DNA from: Candidatus Terraquivivens tengchongensis
Lineage (GTDB): Archaea > Thermoproteota > Nitrososphaeria_A > Caldarchaeales > Wolframiiraptoraceae
Length of the DNA stretch: 64,000 bases
Direction: 5' to 3'
NCBI GenBank assembly: GCA_023261845.1
Contig: JALNJZ010000002.1
Coordinates: forward strand, 136,997-200,996
Numbering within the stretch: the first letter of the stretch is position 1; every line of letters begins with the position of its first letter. The notes under the pieces are model-generated. The model saw only the letters and a program-made list of their open reading frames with translations, had not been told where the DNA came from and did no database searches. Both the position numbers and the translations under genes were made by a program. Shown here in pieces: positions 9,070 to 19,091 of this stretch.

Positions 9070-9702
9070 TTACTCATAACCAAATTGATAAAGTATCATA
9101 GAAGAGCTTAGGATTTTTGTTCGCATCTGAGAAGGGAGCAGGAAAGAATCTCCCGGTTTTATGTCACAACTCCTGCCTTCAACTTCGATTGTGCCGTTAC
9201 CTTCGACAACAAAGCATATTAGCTCTTTATCCTGATTGGACGGTATGTATTCTCCGTTAAACTTAACAATATCGTGGAACAAGCGCATATAGTTCGGCGA
9301 GAGCCTCCCATAGAAATTTTGTCCGAGACTCCTGACCCCTTCAAGAGTCTTATACAAATCTCTTCCACCAATCTCATCGATATTGTTAAAGGTTTCTTCA
9401 GGAAAATCTTTCTCGATCAACTCTATGTCTTGGACAAAATCCCATGGTCCAGTCTCTTCAGAGCCGCATACGAATAGGAATTCAACTTCGCACCCCTCTT
9501 TATTTTTGAACCCATGGACCTGCCCTCTCTTTATATAAAGGATATCGGTCTGCGTGGTTCTAGATACTTTACCGTCAAGATAATGTAGCCCGTCTATGTA
9601 TTCCGGTAAAAAGTGGTGCTCATCAAGAAAACGGTGGTAATGAAGTGGAGCTCTATCCTTTACCTTAACAACGTAAAGACCTATGAATTCGCTAGCAATC
9701 AT
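9070..9702 (-). CDS. cupin-domain protein
   Basis: Cupin-like beta-barrel motifs (G.VHGFKNKEGCEVEFLFVCGSEE). Confidence 0.45.
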   Translation of the reverse strand: MIASEFIGLYVVKVKDRAPLHYHRFLDEHHFLPEYIDGLHYLDGKVSRTTQTDILYIKRGQVHGFKNKEGCEVEFLFVCGSEETGPWDFVQDIELIEKDFPEETFNNIDEIGGRDLYKTLEGVRSLGQNFYGRLSPNYMRLFHDIVKFNGEYIPSNQDKELICFVVEGNGTIEVEGRSCDIKPGDSFLLPSQMRTKILSSSMILYQFGYE

Positions 9703-10201
9703 TTTGGTAAAGTGTGAAATGGTGTTCTGGGACGTTTTTCCAGTTAACTATATATGTGCCGTTTCCTAATGTAATTTGTTCGACCGAACTCAGAAAGTTT
9801 TCATGGATGTTTTTTAAGACCGCATGGTCGTCCTTTACAGAAGATAAATCATCCTCAACGAGGTTTAGGGCTTGAACGTATTGATGGAGCATTGGGAAAA
9901 CTCTATGATCTTTATACGCTTGGTGGTATCTTGCAGAGTGTAGCAAGGCAAGCCCCCTGAGAACGGTTTCGATGTCTCGTTTGTGAGCTTGTATCTCGCC
10001 TGCCTCTACCATCTTTTGGATTAGACTCATTATAGGTCTATAAACGTCCAAACTCCTAAAAGCGCTCACATAAAGCCTGGCATATTGAATTTGGTTTTTT
10101 ACAGGCTTTAAGGTCCTAGAATTTACGAATTCTTCCGCAGCCTTTACGACATCCTTAAACTCTGCAGAACCCCTCATCAACGTTAGAATATTTATTGCCA
10201 A
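9692..10201 (-). CDS. hypothetical protein
   Basis: 169-aa ORF in an operon-like arrangement with its neighbours. No family recognised. Confidence 0.4.
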   Translation of the reverse strand: MAINILTLMRGSAEFKDVVKAAEEFVNSRTLKPVKNQIQYARLYVSAFRSLDVYRPIMSLIQKMVEAGEIQAHKRDIETVLRGLALLHSARYHQAYKDHRVFPMLHQYVQALNLVEDDLSSVKDDHAVLKNIHENFLSSVEQITLGNGTYIVNWKNVPEHHFTLYQNDC

Positions 10202-10240
10202 TTAAAAGTGTTTCATGAAAAACAATATAAAAAGAGATAA

Positions 10241-11131
10241 TCAATCAAACTGAACCCTTACGCCCTCTTTTCCACTTCTTATGATTTTCTCGAACTCTTG
10301 CATGATCTTTTTAGTTATCGGTCCTGGTACCCCGTCCCCAATTTGTATTCCGTTTATTTTAACGACTGGCAGTATCTCAGCGCCAGTTCCTGTCAAGAAG
10401 ACTTCCTCTGCAGTAATTAATTCAAAAGGTGTTATGTCCCTTTCTACAATCTCCATTCCGAGTTCACGTATCAACTTCATAACCCTCCTTCTTGTTACGC
10501 CGTCTAGGATGCCCGCTGTTGGTGGCGGTGTAGCTATAGCGCCGTTCTTAACGATGAAAAGGTTTGCCGCCTCTGCCTCCGAAACAAACCCTCTACTATC
10601 AAGCATGATAGCCATATCGGCACCAGCCTCGATTGCCTCTAACTTCGCGAGTATGCTGTTGAGGTAGTTTAACGACTTAACTTCGTGTGTAGTCGCCGAG
10701 ACTGAATCCCTTCTCGTTGATGTTATGATCGCGGATATGCCCCTCTCTTTAGCGACTCCACCTACCAACTGTATCTGCTCAACTATAATTATTATGCTTG
10801 GTTTGGAGCATTTTCTAGGGTCTAGGCCTAAGTCACCTACGCCTCTGGTCACGACGAGTCTAATGTAAGAATCCTTAACACGGTTCCTCTTAACGGTCTC
10901 GACAACGGCAGCTATCATTTCCTCCTTCGAAATGGGTATGTTAAGTTTGATGAACTTTGCTGAGTTGTACAACCTGTCTATGTGTTCCTTTAACAGAAAT
11001 ATTGTGCCATCGTAAACTCTTATACCCTCAAAGACACCGTCCCCATAAAGTAACCCATGGTCGTATACGGAAATTTTTGCCTCAGATTTCGGATAAAACT
11101 TCCCATCAATATAAACTAATGGCTCGCTCAC
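10241..11131 (-). CDS. ilvE: branched-chain amino acid aminotransferase (fold-type IV)
   Basis: 296 aa with class IV aminotransferase signature (YIDGKFYPKSEAKISVYDHGLLYGDGVFEGIRVYDG... SRGFVSEAEAANLFIVKNG). Confidence 0.85.
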   Translation of the reverse strand: MSEPLVYIDGKFYPKSEAKISVYDHGLLYGDGVFEGIRVYDGTIFLLKEHIDRLYNSAKFIKLNIPISKEEMIAAVVETVKRNRVKDSYIRLVVTRGVGDLGLDPRKCSKPSIIIIVEQIQLVGGVAKERGISAIITSTRRDSVSATTHEVKSLNYLNSILAKLEAIEAGADMAIMLDSRGFVSEAEAANLFIVKNGAIATPPPTAGILDGVTRRRVMKLIRELGMEIVERDITPFELITAEEVFLTGTGAEILPVVKINGIQIGDGVPGPITKKIMQEFEKIIRSGKEGVRVQFD

Positions 11132-11259
11132 ATCCGCTCACATATGCTGTTCTTACTTCATGTTATATAAATTGTTACATAACTTTACTACTCGGCCTTA
11201 GTGCAACTTGCATGATGTGCACTTTAAGACTTTTTAAATAATCGTGACAATAAAACGTT

Positions 11260-12060
11260 TTACATAACGCCTGGCGGTACGTCTGTTCTAGTTCTCGGTT
11301 GCTTGAATTCTTCAACTCTCTTAAGCGAGCTAATGTAGAACTCAACCTTCTTTACCTGCTCCTCGAGCCTTGTGTAGTCTAGATGTTCAATCCTCAAAGC
11401 GGCGGAGAGTCTTTTCAACACTTCTATTGAAGCCCTAGGTTGTGCTATATCAGGTCTTTCTATCTCTCCAAGAAAACACACGCCTTCGATATTGCGCTGT
11501 GCTGCCAAACCTAACAATAGGCCGTTAAAGCCAGTTATGTACCCTTCGCCCCTCATTTGTTGTGCCCCATAAGATTCTACCTCCTCGTTAAGCCTAGCGT
11601 CTGTTACAGCATAAAAAACCCTTGGCTCTGGTGCTGATACGCCGGTGTGTGCCGCTCCTAATGTGTATATTCTTCTAACACCTAAACTGACTGCTAAATC
11701 TAACAAATCGTCACACAATTCATACAATACATGGGGGTCCTGAGGCTGATAAAATCCTGTAAAAACAGCAAAATCTCTTCCGCCCCAATACAGTTTGAAA
11801 GAAAACCTTTCAAACTGTATAAGAGAATTTTTGTGAAGGACATATGGTGGCATATAATCTAGTATCTCTGCTATTGGTTCCATCTTCAATTCCTCTATGA
11901 GATATGCTGCTGCAATACCGCCTACGTTGCCCATCCCAGGAAGCGCTGCGACTAACGATTTGACAGTGACTCCCTTTTTCAATACGTTCACTTCCAAGCC
12001 TATCTCGCGCCCTTTAGTAGGAACAACACGCGCTCCTAATAGAGTTTGCCTAAGAACCAC
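11260..12060 (-). CDS. PAC2-family proteasome assembly chaperone-like protein
   Basis: N-terminal LPGMGNVGGIAAAYLIEEL motif and overall length typical of archaeal PAC2/PbaB-type proteins. The true start may be an internal Met. Confidence 0.5.
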   Translation of the reverse strand: MVLRQTLLGARVVPTKGREIGLEVNVLKKGVTVKSLVAALPGMGNVGGIAAAYLIEELKMEPIAEILDYMPPYVLHKNSLIQFERFSFKLYWGGRDFAVFTGFYQPQDPHVLYELCDDLLDLAVSLGVRRIYTLGAAHTGVSAPEPRVFYAVTDARLNEEVESYGAQQMRGEGYITGFNGLLLGLAAQRNIEGVCFLGEIERPDIAQPRASIEVLKRLSAALRIEHLDYTRLEEQVKKVEFYISSLKRVEEFKQPRTRTDVPPGVM

Positions 12061-12103
12061 TCAGCTAACGTTTATTAGACCCTTAACCTAGAAAAATGAT
12101 GAT

Positions 12104-12436
12104 ATGGGGAAAAGGAAAATAGTGTCTGAATCTGACGTCTTGGAAGAGCCGGTGACCCCAGGGCCTGGAGACGTTTATGGTGTTGTCGTAAAGATGTATG
12201 GATATGATAGGGCTTTAGTAGAATGCTCAGATGGAAAGCAAAGGTTATGCAGGATAAAGGGACAACTGAAAAGGAGAATATGGATTAAGGAAGGAGATTT
12301 GGTGTTGGTAAGCCCTTGGGAATTTCAACAAGATAGGGGAGACATTTTTTGGAGGTTTACTAAGAATCAAGCTATAGAATTAGCCAAGCAAGGTGCCTTG
12401 CCTGACTTCCTTAAAGCCAAGATAGAGGCTGGTTAA
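12104..12436 (+). CDS. eif1a: translation initiation factor aIF-1A
   Basis: S1/OB eIF1A signature (GDVYGVVVKMYGYDRALVECSDGKQRLCRIKGQLKRRIWIKEGDLVLV). Confidence 0.9.
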   Translation: MGKRKIVSESDVLEEPVTPGPGDVYGVVVKMYGYDRALVECSDGKQRLCRIKGQLKRRIWIKEGDLVLVSPWEFQQDRGDIFWRFTKNQAIELAKQGALPDFLKAKIEAG

Positions 12437-12589
12437 AAGCTTACGTATGGTGAAGCTTTTCTGAACTCTGATAAAATTGAGAAAAAGCTCAGGAGAAAAG
12501 AATTCAAGGCAGATAGGGAACAAAGATATCTGCATAAAAGGTCAGAACTTGATGAGGTTCTGGAAGAGGTTTTTGATAGACTTACGCTC

Positions 12590-13249
12590 ATGACGATTTA
12601 TGATTTGATGAATGCCGGCGCGCTGTTAGAGTTTTATGGTGTAATTAGCGCTGGAAAGGAGTCGAGGATATATCTAGCAAAAGGTCCTGAGGGTTTCATA
12701 GCCGTAAAGATCTACCTGATAACTAGCGCGGAGTTCAAGAAAACTAGGATGACTTACGTGGCACATGACCCGAGGTTTAAAAGAATTCCGAGCGACTTTA
12801 GGGACTTCATTTATCTTTGGGCAAAGCGCGAATTTGGAAACTTGAAAAAAGCATATGAGGCTGAGGTTCCAGTACCTAAACCATACTTCGTGGAAAATAA
12901 CGTTCTGGGCATGCAATTTCTAGGAAAGAACGGAACAAGGTATCCAACATTGGAAGAGGTTGAATTGGAGCCTAACGATTATGAGAAGATTTATCCGCTG
13001 ATTCTTGAGAATATGAAAAAGCTTTACCAAAAAGCAGACCTGATACATGCAGATATGAGCCAATATAACGTATTTGTTACGGATACCTTATCGATCTACT
13101 TCATAGATTTGTCCCAGGCGGTCCACACTTCGCACCCCTTAGCCGAAGTGTTTTTGGAAAGAGATGTAAAGAACATCACAAAATTTTTCGAGAAAAAAGG
13201 GATTAATGTCAAACCTCCAGAAGAGGTCATTAAGTGGATAAAATCCTAA
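12590..13249 (+). CDS. RIO-type serine/threonine protein kinase (RIO1-like)
   Basis: RIO catalytic motifs (LIHADMSQYNVFV..IYFIDLSQAV). This is the conserved archaeal eIF1A-RIO gene pair. RIO-like sequence continues upstream of the ATG with no canonical start codon (see findings). Confidence 0.8.
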   Translation: MTIYDLMNAGALLEFYGVISAGKESRIYLAKGPEGFIAVKIYLITSAEFKKTRMTYVAHDPRFKRIPSDFRDFIYLWAKREFGNLKKAYEAEVPVPKPYFVENNVLGMQFLGKNGTRYPTLEEVELEPNDYEKIYPLILENMKKLYQKADLIHADMSQYNVFVTDTLSIYFIDLSQAVHTSHPLAEVFLERDVKNITKFFEKKGINVKPPEEVIKWIKS

Positions 13250-13254
13250 AACCT

Positions 13255-14826
13255 TTACGTAAAGCTTTCCTGTTCTTCTAATTTTATCTTTTCCATAATG
13301 TCAGGGGTCACGCCCATCTTTTTCAGAAGCTTCGTAACGTCTGGAGGCTCCTTCCTATCTATGAGCTCTGCTGAAAATTTTGCTATCTTTGGAAGGTATT
13401 TAGCGTATATGCTCAACCTCTTTATTGCGACGGTACGTTTCTCAACTTTTATTAGATAACGCTTAAGCTCTCTGGCACATTCCCTTATTGCGATTATAAG
13501 CTCGCGCTCAATTTCCGGTCTATCGGCTATTGCCTCCTTGCCTACGGTCTTGTAAGGAATTTTCAGAGAACATATATGCGTGACAACAACAAGTGGTGCA
13601 ACTTTTGGGACATTATAATTATTCCAATCAATTCTTTCAGATACTACTTTCCATACAACGTCAGCTCTTTCATCGTAGAGGAGCGGTATTTTATTCGCAA
13701 ACCTGTATATTTGTATATTCTCGCTTGGCGGTATCTTGCCACCATATGCTATTGCAACTTCTACTATGAACGGAAAGCCAGAATAGGACTGTGGTGGTCT
13801 TTGGACAACGTAGAGGAACTCCGGCATCAGTATTGCCCTAATGCCCGCCTCAAGCAAATCCTTGCCTATTGGACTGAGGGGGGTCGGGTCTGGTGCCCTG
13901 AACTTTTTATACCTTTTGATGGCCTCTACGAGCGCAGTAAGCTGATCATGATTTAATTCCTTTGGGTTTGCTGTGTGCGCGAGGCCAGCCAGCTCTAGAA
14001 CTTCTCTTGCAGTTTTAGGGCCAACGCGCTGGAAGCTGGACGTCAAAAAGGATAAAAGAGTTTCAGACTTTGTTGCGGATATCAGCCGCTTCATGGTTTC
14101 TACATCAACTCCTACTGGATGCGGTAGCGCCTCTTTTGGAGGTTCTGGTACCTTTTCGGCAACCCTTGGGAAGTAGTATAACCTGCCCTTAGGGTCGATG
14201 AACGTCAACGAAGCATTCGGGTTTGCAATGGCAGTATTTCTGAAGTACTCGACTATCTTCGCCTTGCTATTGGTGTAATCCGTCTCGAGATAATAATCTA
14301 TTATCGTGCCCCTCCAATTATCGTTATTTTTATGAACTTTATGATCGAGCACTATAGGTTTATTCTCAACGATGTCAATTCTCAAAACGAACTCATGTAT
14401 GTCCCCATCTTTACAGGATATAACAGTCACTGGTCTGTTGGTTGTAATTTGGCCGTACAATAACGCCATTGTACCACCAAGCCCAAAAGTTCCACGCGAT
14501 TGACGGTATCCGTACTTGCTTCCGTAAAATACGGTTGCAAAGGCGTGTGGTATGTGTTCCGCATCAACACCTATCCCGTTATCTTTAACCCTCAACCTGA
14601 AAATTTTAACGTCTTCAGAGCTGCCCTCACCCACCTCTTGTAGCTCAACGATTACCTCAGGTAAAATCCTTCCTACTTCACAGGCATCAAGCGAATTTTC
14701 TACGAGTTCTCTGATTGATGTATAAAGAGAACGGCTAGGATTTGTGAATCCAGCAATATCTCTATTACGGTAAAAGAAATCAGCGGGCGATATTTTCTCG
14801 AATTTTACCTCTGCCAATTTTATCAC
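13255..14826 (-). CDS. top6B: DNA topoisomerase VI subunit B
   Basis: GHKL/Bergerat ATPase motif (SIRELVENSLDACE), transducer domain, 523 aa. Confidence 0.9.
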   Translation of the reverse strand: MIKLAEVKFEKISPADFFYRNRDIAGFTNPSRSLYTSIRELVENSLDACEVGRILPEVIVELQEVGEGSSEDVKIFRLRVKDNGIGVDAEHIPHAFATVFYGSKYGYRQSRGTFGLGGTMALLYGQITTNRPVTVISCKDGDIHEFVLRIDIVENKPIVLDHKVHKNNDNWRGTIIDYYLETDYTNSKAKIVEYFRNTAIANPNASLTFIDPKGRLYYFPRVAEKVPEPPKEALPHPVGVDVETMKRLISATKSETLLSFLTSSFQRVGPKTAREVLELAGLAHTANPKELNHDQLTALVEAIKRYKKFRAPDPTPLSPIGKDLLEAGIRAILMPEFLYVVQRPPQSYSGFPFIVEVAIAYGGKIPPSENIQIYRFANKIPLLYDERADVVWKVVSERIDWNNYNVPKVAPLVVVTHICSLKIPYKTVGKEAIADRPEIERELIIAIRECARELKRYLIKVEKRTVAIKRLSIYAKYLPKIAKFSAELIDRKEPPDVTKLLKKMGVTPDIMEKIKLEEQESFT

Positions 14827-14913
14827 CGTTCTTGGATTTGTATCACGAATATTGTTATAGACTGCTACGCAATTTGTGCACAGCGCCTATTTTATCTTTC
14901 CCTAGGAATAACC

Positions 14914-15510
14914 CTATAGTTTAAATCCAGGCATAAACTTCCCCGCTTTTCTCTTCCGGGCATATTCGTCAAGCATCTTATATGCCACGCTGTGCGGTGA
15001 GCCGGTTATCAGCCTTATCACGGCCTCTTTAGCAGCTTCAACATCCTGAGGATCTCCTATTATCGCTACTGTATCTCCGTATATTGACACTAATGCGTGA
15101 GCATTTTCTTCGATTATTTTTCTCGTCTTTCCTTCAGTTCCTATAAGTCTGGCCCTAACCCTAACCAGGTCATTCACATTCTTGCCGATGAAATCTTCTA
15201 AATGCACGATGTCTAGCACCACATTATCTTCAAAAAGTTTGAATGCCCTTTCTGGTGAAAAGCCTCTTCCTATTGCAACTACAACGTCACGGGCTTTAAA
15301 CATGGCTGCCGGATCTCCTCCTTCGTTTGGGGACTTCGCAAGTTCTATTGATACGACACCATATTTGCTATCAATCGTGAGCTTCACGCCTAGCTTTTCC
15401 TCTATTGTCTTCTTCACAGAACCGTTAACTCCTATCAGTACGCCTATTCGGTCTTTAGGTATGGTTACCGTAAGGATTCCATGCTTCAATTCTGAATTAT
15501 CGGAATACAT
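14914..15510 (-). CDS. KH-domain RNA-binding protein
   Basis: Two KH-like GxxG segments (IGVLIGVNGSVKK; LIGTEGKTRK). Confidence 0.65.
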   Translation of the reverse strand: MYSDNSELKHGILTVTIPKDRIGVLIGVNGSVKKTIEEKLGVKLTIDSKYGVVSIELAKSPNEGGDPAAMFKARDVVVAIGRGFSPERAFKLFEDNVVLDIVHLEDFIGKNVNDLVRVRARLIGTEGKTRKIIEENAHALVSIYGDTVAIIGDPQDVEAAKEAVIRLITGSPHSVAYKMLDEYARKRKAGKFMPGFKL

Positions 15511-15563
15511 TCCGTCATGTTTCCAAGAAATTTAGTATTATATAAACAACAACTTGATTTCCT

Positions 15564-16322
15564 TCAGAAAACGACTTCTGAAGGAAATACGGTTATTCCG
15601 TTTTGTGTTATCTTAAACGGCCTAGGTTGTATGTCATGGTTCACACCTCTCATTTTCTCAATCATTAAAACATAAATGACGCCGCCGACTCTAATAAACC
15701 TCTGTAAAAGTATTACACCATGAGCGACATATTCTTCGATCTGATACTTCCTCTCAATTGACGATTGTGCAAGTTCCGAAATCACCAGTGTCGTGCACTC
15801 AAGTGGAGCGATACCCTGGATTAAGTTAAGTATGCTCTCTCTCCTTTCCACTTCGTCTGGATATTGTAATATGAATGTCGAGAGGGAATCTATAACGAGT
15901 CTTTTAGCATTTACCCTTCTGCATTCCTTTTTTATCTTTTCTATCAAAGATATGAGTTGGAATTCTTTGCTTCCAATCGGTACCTCACCCATCTTGATAC
16001 TCTTCGATATGAAACGTACTGGCGAAGCATCAATTATAGCAATTTTACCCTCTCTCTCCAATTTATCTAAATCCCAACCAAACCTCAGCATGTTAGACTT
16101 AATCATTTCAGGATCTTCTTCAAGAAGCACTAAGACACCATTTTCACCAAATTTAACGGCACCGTTATAAAGGAACTGGACACCAAGTGTCGTCTTACCA
16201 CAACCCGGTGAACCAAGGACTAGCACCATGTATCCTTTTGGTATGCCCTGCCCTTCCAACATAGCATCGATGCCATCTATACCTGTACGGGTGTATGCTC
16301 GCAAACTAATCACCATATACAT
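15564..16322 (-). CDS. KaiC/RadB-like RecA-superfamily ATPase
   Basis: Walker A motif LGSPGCGKTTLGVQFL and a KaiC-like single domain of 252 aa. Confidence 0.75.
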   Translation of the reverse strand: MYMVISLRAYTRTGIDGIDAMLEGQGIPKGYMVLVLGSPGCGKTTLGVQFLYNGAVKFGENGVLVLLEEDPEMIKSNMLRFGWDLDKLEREGKIAIIDASPVRFISKSIKMGEVPIGSKEFQLISLIEKIKKECRRVNAKRLVIDSLSTFILQYPDEVERRESILNLIQGIAPLECTTLVISELAQSSIERKYQIEEYVAHGVILLQRFIRVGGVIYVLMIEKMRGVNHDIQPRPFKITQNGITVFPSEVVF

Positions 16323-16602
16323 ATAAAAGTTATTTTTAAATTTAGCTATTTAACACTACCTCCGCCTAGTCTTTCTTGTGGGCGCTTTTCACACTCATCA
16401 ATATGTTCCTTCTCAAATGGGTACATCTCTACCCCTTCGGACGACCCTCAAGCTCTTTTAATGCATCCGAATTGTCCACTTCAATCACCACTGGCCCGAT
16501 GTAGTCACACGAAGAGCACTGATACAACATTCCTGCATATCCGCCCAAGTATAAATTAATCCTATCGCTTTTGCAGATAGGGCATATTAGGGTTTTCATA
16601 CA

Positions 16603-17046
16603 TCAGAACTCCTCTTTGATCGTAAGAAATGATGCGCATGTCATGCTCTTCCCAACACCTTCAATAGCCCTGAGCTTGTCTATAACGAGCTCGCCTATCG
16701 ATTGTATTGACTCCCCTCTTACCTTCAAAAGTATGTCCCACTCACCGGATATCAGATGAACCTCATGAACGTCGGGCAGTGTTGCTATATATTCACCAAG
16801 CTTTTTTTGAGAAATGTTCGCTCCTGGAAGAAAGGATATTAACACGAACGCCGTCGCTGGCTTGCCGAGCTTCGAGTAATCCGGCATTATGGTGAATTTT
16901 TTAATTATCCCTTTACTCCTTAGCTTCTTTATCCTCTCCTGAACAGTCGTCCTCGGCATGTTGAGCTTCATTGCAAGCTCCGAGACGCTCTGGCTTGCAT
17001 CCTCAATAAGCTCATTTAATATCTTCCAATCTTTTTCGTCCATCAT
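16603..17046 (-). CDS. lrp: Lrp/AsnC-family transcriptional regulator
   Basis: N-terminal HTH (DWKILNELIEDASQSVSELAMKLNMPRTTVQERIKKL) plus a C-terminal RAM domain. Confidence 0.85.
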   Translation of the reverse strand: MMDEKDWKILNELIEDASQSVSELAMKLNMPRTTVQERIKKLRSKGIIKKFTIMPDYSKLGKPATAFVLISFLPGANISQKKLGEYIATLPDVHEVHLISGEWDILLKVRGESIQSIGELVIDKLRAIEGVGKSMTCASFLTIKEEF

Positions 17047-17134
17047 GTCATTATAAAATAATGTTAACGGTTGCTTTTGGTTCTTACTCTTATGATGTTT
17101 ATTCGTTAAGAACTGAATTAAAAGTAAAGGAAGT

Positions 17135-17950
17135 TTAGCTGACGCTGGAGGCCTGTGCCTCCTTCCAGATAAGTATTATTGCATACTCTCTAGGTATGCC
17201 CTTAGACTGCATAATGGTCTCTATATTCCTCTGCAAGGATTCATCAACCCTTGGGCCAAACTTCGCTCCATGCTCTTCTTTTAACTCTTCGTAGAGTTTG
17301 TCAGCAAGCTCGGTGTACGTTGTTAAAGAATAAATTTTTTTCGGCAACTCAGAAATCGTTCTAGCCATTTCTTCCAGTTCTCTAATCTTCTTTTTCTTCT
17401 CAGAAAGTTCTTGCCTAAGGATTGTGACCTTTGCCTCTAAGCTTGCTTTAAGCTCTTGAGGCACGGACACGTTCGAGCTTTCCTTATATTTCAGCGTATC
17501 TAACTCAACGATCGAGATACATAATTCCGTCTCAATATTCGAAAATTCAGTCTCCAATTTGCTCTTAGCCGCATTAATTTTTTCAACTAAAGACGCCGAC
17601 TCACCAACTATTTGCTCCCTCATCGCGTTCCATCTTGCCAAAACCTCTCTAATGGTTGCAATACTGATGTCCTGTTCCAGAAGCATCTTTTGGAATATTT
17701 GCTCCCGTATCTTTACTTCTTGTATCTTTGACATGAGAGCGTCATACCTATCAAAAGCTTCTTTAACTATTGAAACCTCAAGGTCCTTAGGTGGTACGAT
17801 ACTCTCAGGTGGTTTTTCTTGCAACTTTGCTTCTGTTTCTATAGTGCTTACTTCAGGCTCTAGCTGAGGAACTTCCTCTACTATGTCCTTCGGCATTTTT
17901 TCTTCTTTAAACTTTATAACTATCTTTTTTGGCATTATAGAACCTCCCAA
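17135..17950 (-). CDS. coiled-coil protein, function unknown
   Basis: 271 aa, E/K-rich with heptad-like segments. Confidence 0.45.
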   Translation of the reverse strand: MGGSIMPKKIVIKFKEEKMPKDIVEEVPQLEPEVSTIETEAKLQEKPPESIVPPKDLEVSIVKEAFDRYDALMSKIQEVKIREQIFQKMLLEQDISIATIREVLARWNAMREQIVGESASLVEKINAAKSKLETEFSNIETELCISIVELDTLKYKESSNVSVPQELKASLEAKVTILRQELSEKKKKIRELEEMARTISELPKKIYSLTTYTELADKLYEELKEEHGAKFGPRVDESLQRNIETIMQSKGIPREYAIILIWKEAQASSVS

Positions 17951-17985
17951 TCAAATCCCAGTTTTTTAAGAATCCACATATAATT

Positions 17986-18615
17986 TCATCCCTTCTTATT
18001 TGGTAGAAGTTTCTTGGTTTTGCTAAAAAACTTTACTATAGAGTCAATATCAAGCATTTTGGTGGTGCTGCCCTTCGCATCTTCGTTAGTAGCGGGTTTT
18101 TTGGGAATCAAATCAATCATTTGGAGACCGATTAGTGTGCTTTCAAGGACTTTATGCCGCTGTAAACCGAGTGTGAACCTTACGGGCACAACTTTTTCAT
18201 TTTTATCTATTCTAAATACGCCGATCTTGAGGTCCGAAACTTTCCAGCTGGCACTAAATTGCACAGGGTCTATGACCAACGCTATGGCCTTAGGAAACAT
18301 AGCCTGGTAGGCTTTTTGTGTCTCAATATCTATGGGTGACATAAAGACGTTTAAACCGGGATGCGAATGGTACCAGCCAACTATATACAGGTCTGGAATA
18401 TTCTCTACCAAGACTTCGGCAACCAGGGCCATAACGCTCTCCTCAAGCTTAACGTATGCGGGTGAGCTTTGTTGAAGACCCGTAACAGCATCCCAGACTT
18501 CAACAACGTCCGATACGACTTTTCCTACCATTAACCCTGCGACTTCTTGATTAAGGTTGCTAATGGAGTGATGAAGTATCTTACCAAGAGCTAAGGGATA
18601 AATACGTGCCCTCAT
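17986..18615 (-). CDS. Rpn11-like JAMM/MPN+ isopeptidase (putative pro-ubiquitin processing enzyme/deubiquitinase)
   Basis: MPN fold with a glutamate in EVAGLMVGK and the JAMM motif GWYHSHPGLNVFMSPID. Divergently adjacent to the Ub-E2-E1-RING operon. Confidence 0.85.
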   Translation of the reverse strand: MRARIYPLALGKILHHSISNLNQEVAGLMVGKVVSDVVEVWDAVTGLQQSSPAYVKLEESVMALVAEVLVENIPDLYIVGWYHSHPGLNVFMSPIDIETQKAYQAMFPKAIALVIDPVQFSASWKVSDLKIGVFRIDKNEKVVPVRFTLGLQRHKVLESTLIGLQMIDLIPKKPATNEDAKGSTTKMLDIDSIVKFFSKTKKLLPNKKG

Positions 18616-18750
18616 GGAACCTGCATATTAATGCTTAACCATATTAATTAACGTTTGAAACGACCAATGAGGTTGCCAAATAGCCCTTAGCGTAATGCGC
18701 CCAAAATATATGGGAATTCCCGGCGTTGTTTGCACGTAACCCCCAATCGC

Positions 18751-18758
18751 TTTAAAAA
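18751..18758 (+). promoter_or_regulatory. TATA-like element (TTTAAAAA) in the divergent rpn11/ub intergenic region
   Basis: AT-rich box about 50 nt upstream of the Ub ATG. A GGGGG SD-like stretch lies just before the start. Low specificity. Confidence 0.25.
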
Positions 18759-18809
18759 GTTAATACTTAAATACGTTACAAGTAAAGTGCCGATGGGGGT
18801 TAACGACTT

Positions 18810-19091
18810 ATGAAAATCAAAGTTATACCTGCGGTTGGTGGCGGTAGCCCTCTAGAATTGGAGGTATCACCAAACGCAACAATAGGGGCAGTTAAGGCGA
18901 AAATTTGCGCGATTAAGAAACTTCCACCAGACACCACGTACCTAACCTACAAGGGTAGGGCCTTAAAAGAAACGGAAACACTCGCAAACATAGGCATATC
19001 AGAAGGCGACAAATTGGTCATCATAACGAGAACAGTGGGGGGTGACGCTTCTGGAGACCTACTCAGAATTACCCGAACCTCTGTGGAATAA
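18810..19091 (+). CDS. ubiquitin-like beta-grasp protein (pro-ubiquitin with C-terminal extension after Gly-Gly)
   Basis: MKIKVIPAVGGGSPLELEV...KGRALKETETLANIGISEGDKLVIITRTVGG followed by a 15-aa tail DASGDLLRITRTSVE. Length and pattern match ubiquitin. Confidence 0.8.
   Translation: MKIKVIPAVGGGSPLELEVSPNATIGAVKAKICAIKKLPPDTTYLTYKGRALKETETLANIGISEGDKLVIITRTVGGDASGDLLRITRTSVE

Noticed and set aside
16571-16895. Two 62-aa plus-strand ORFs overlapping the Lrp/AsnC gene
   Set aside because: They are antisense to a well-supported regulator gene and have no motifs.
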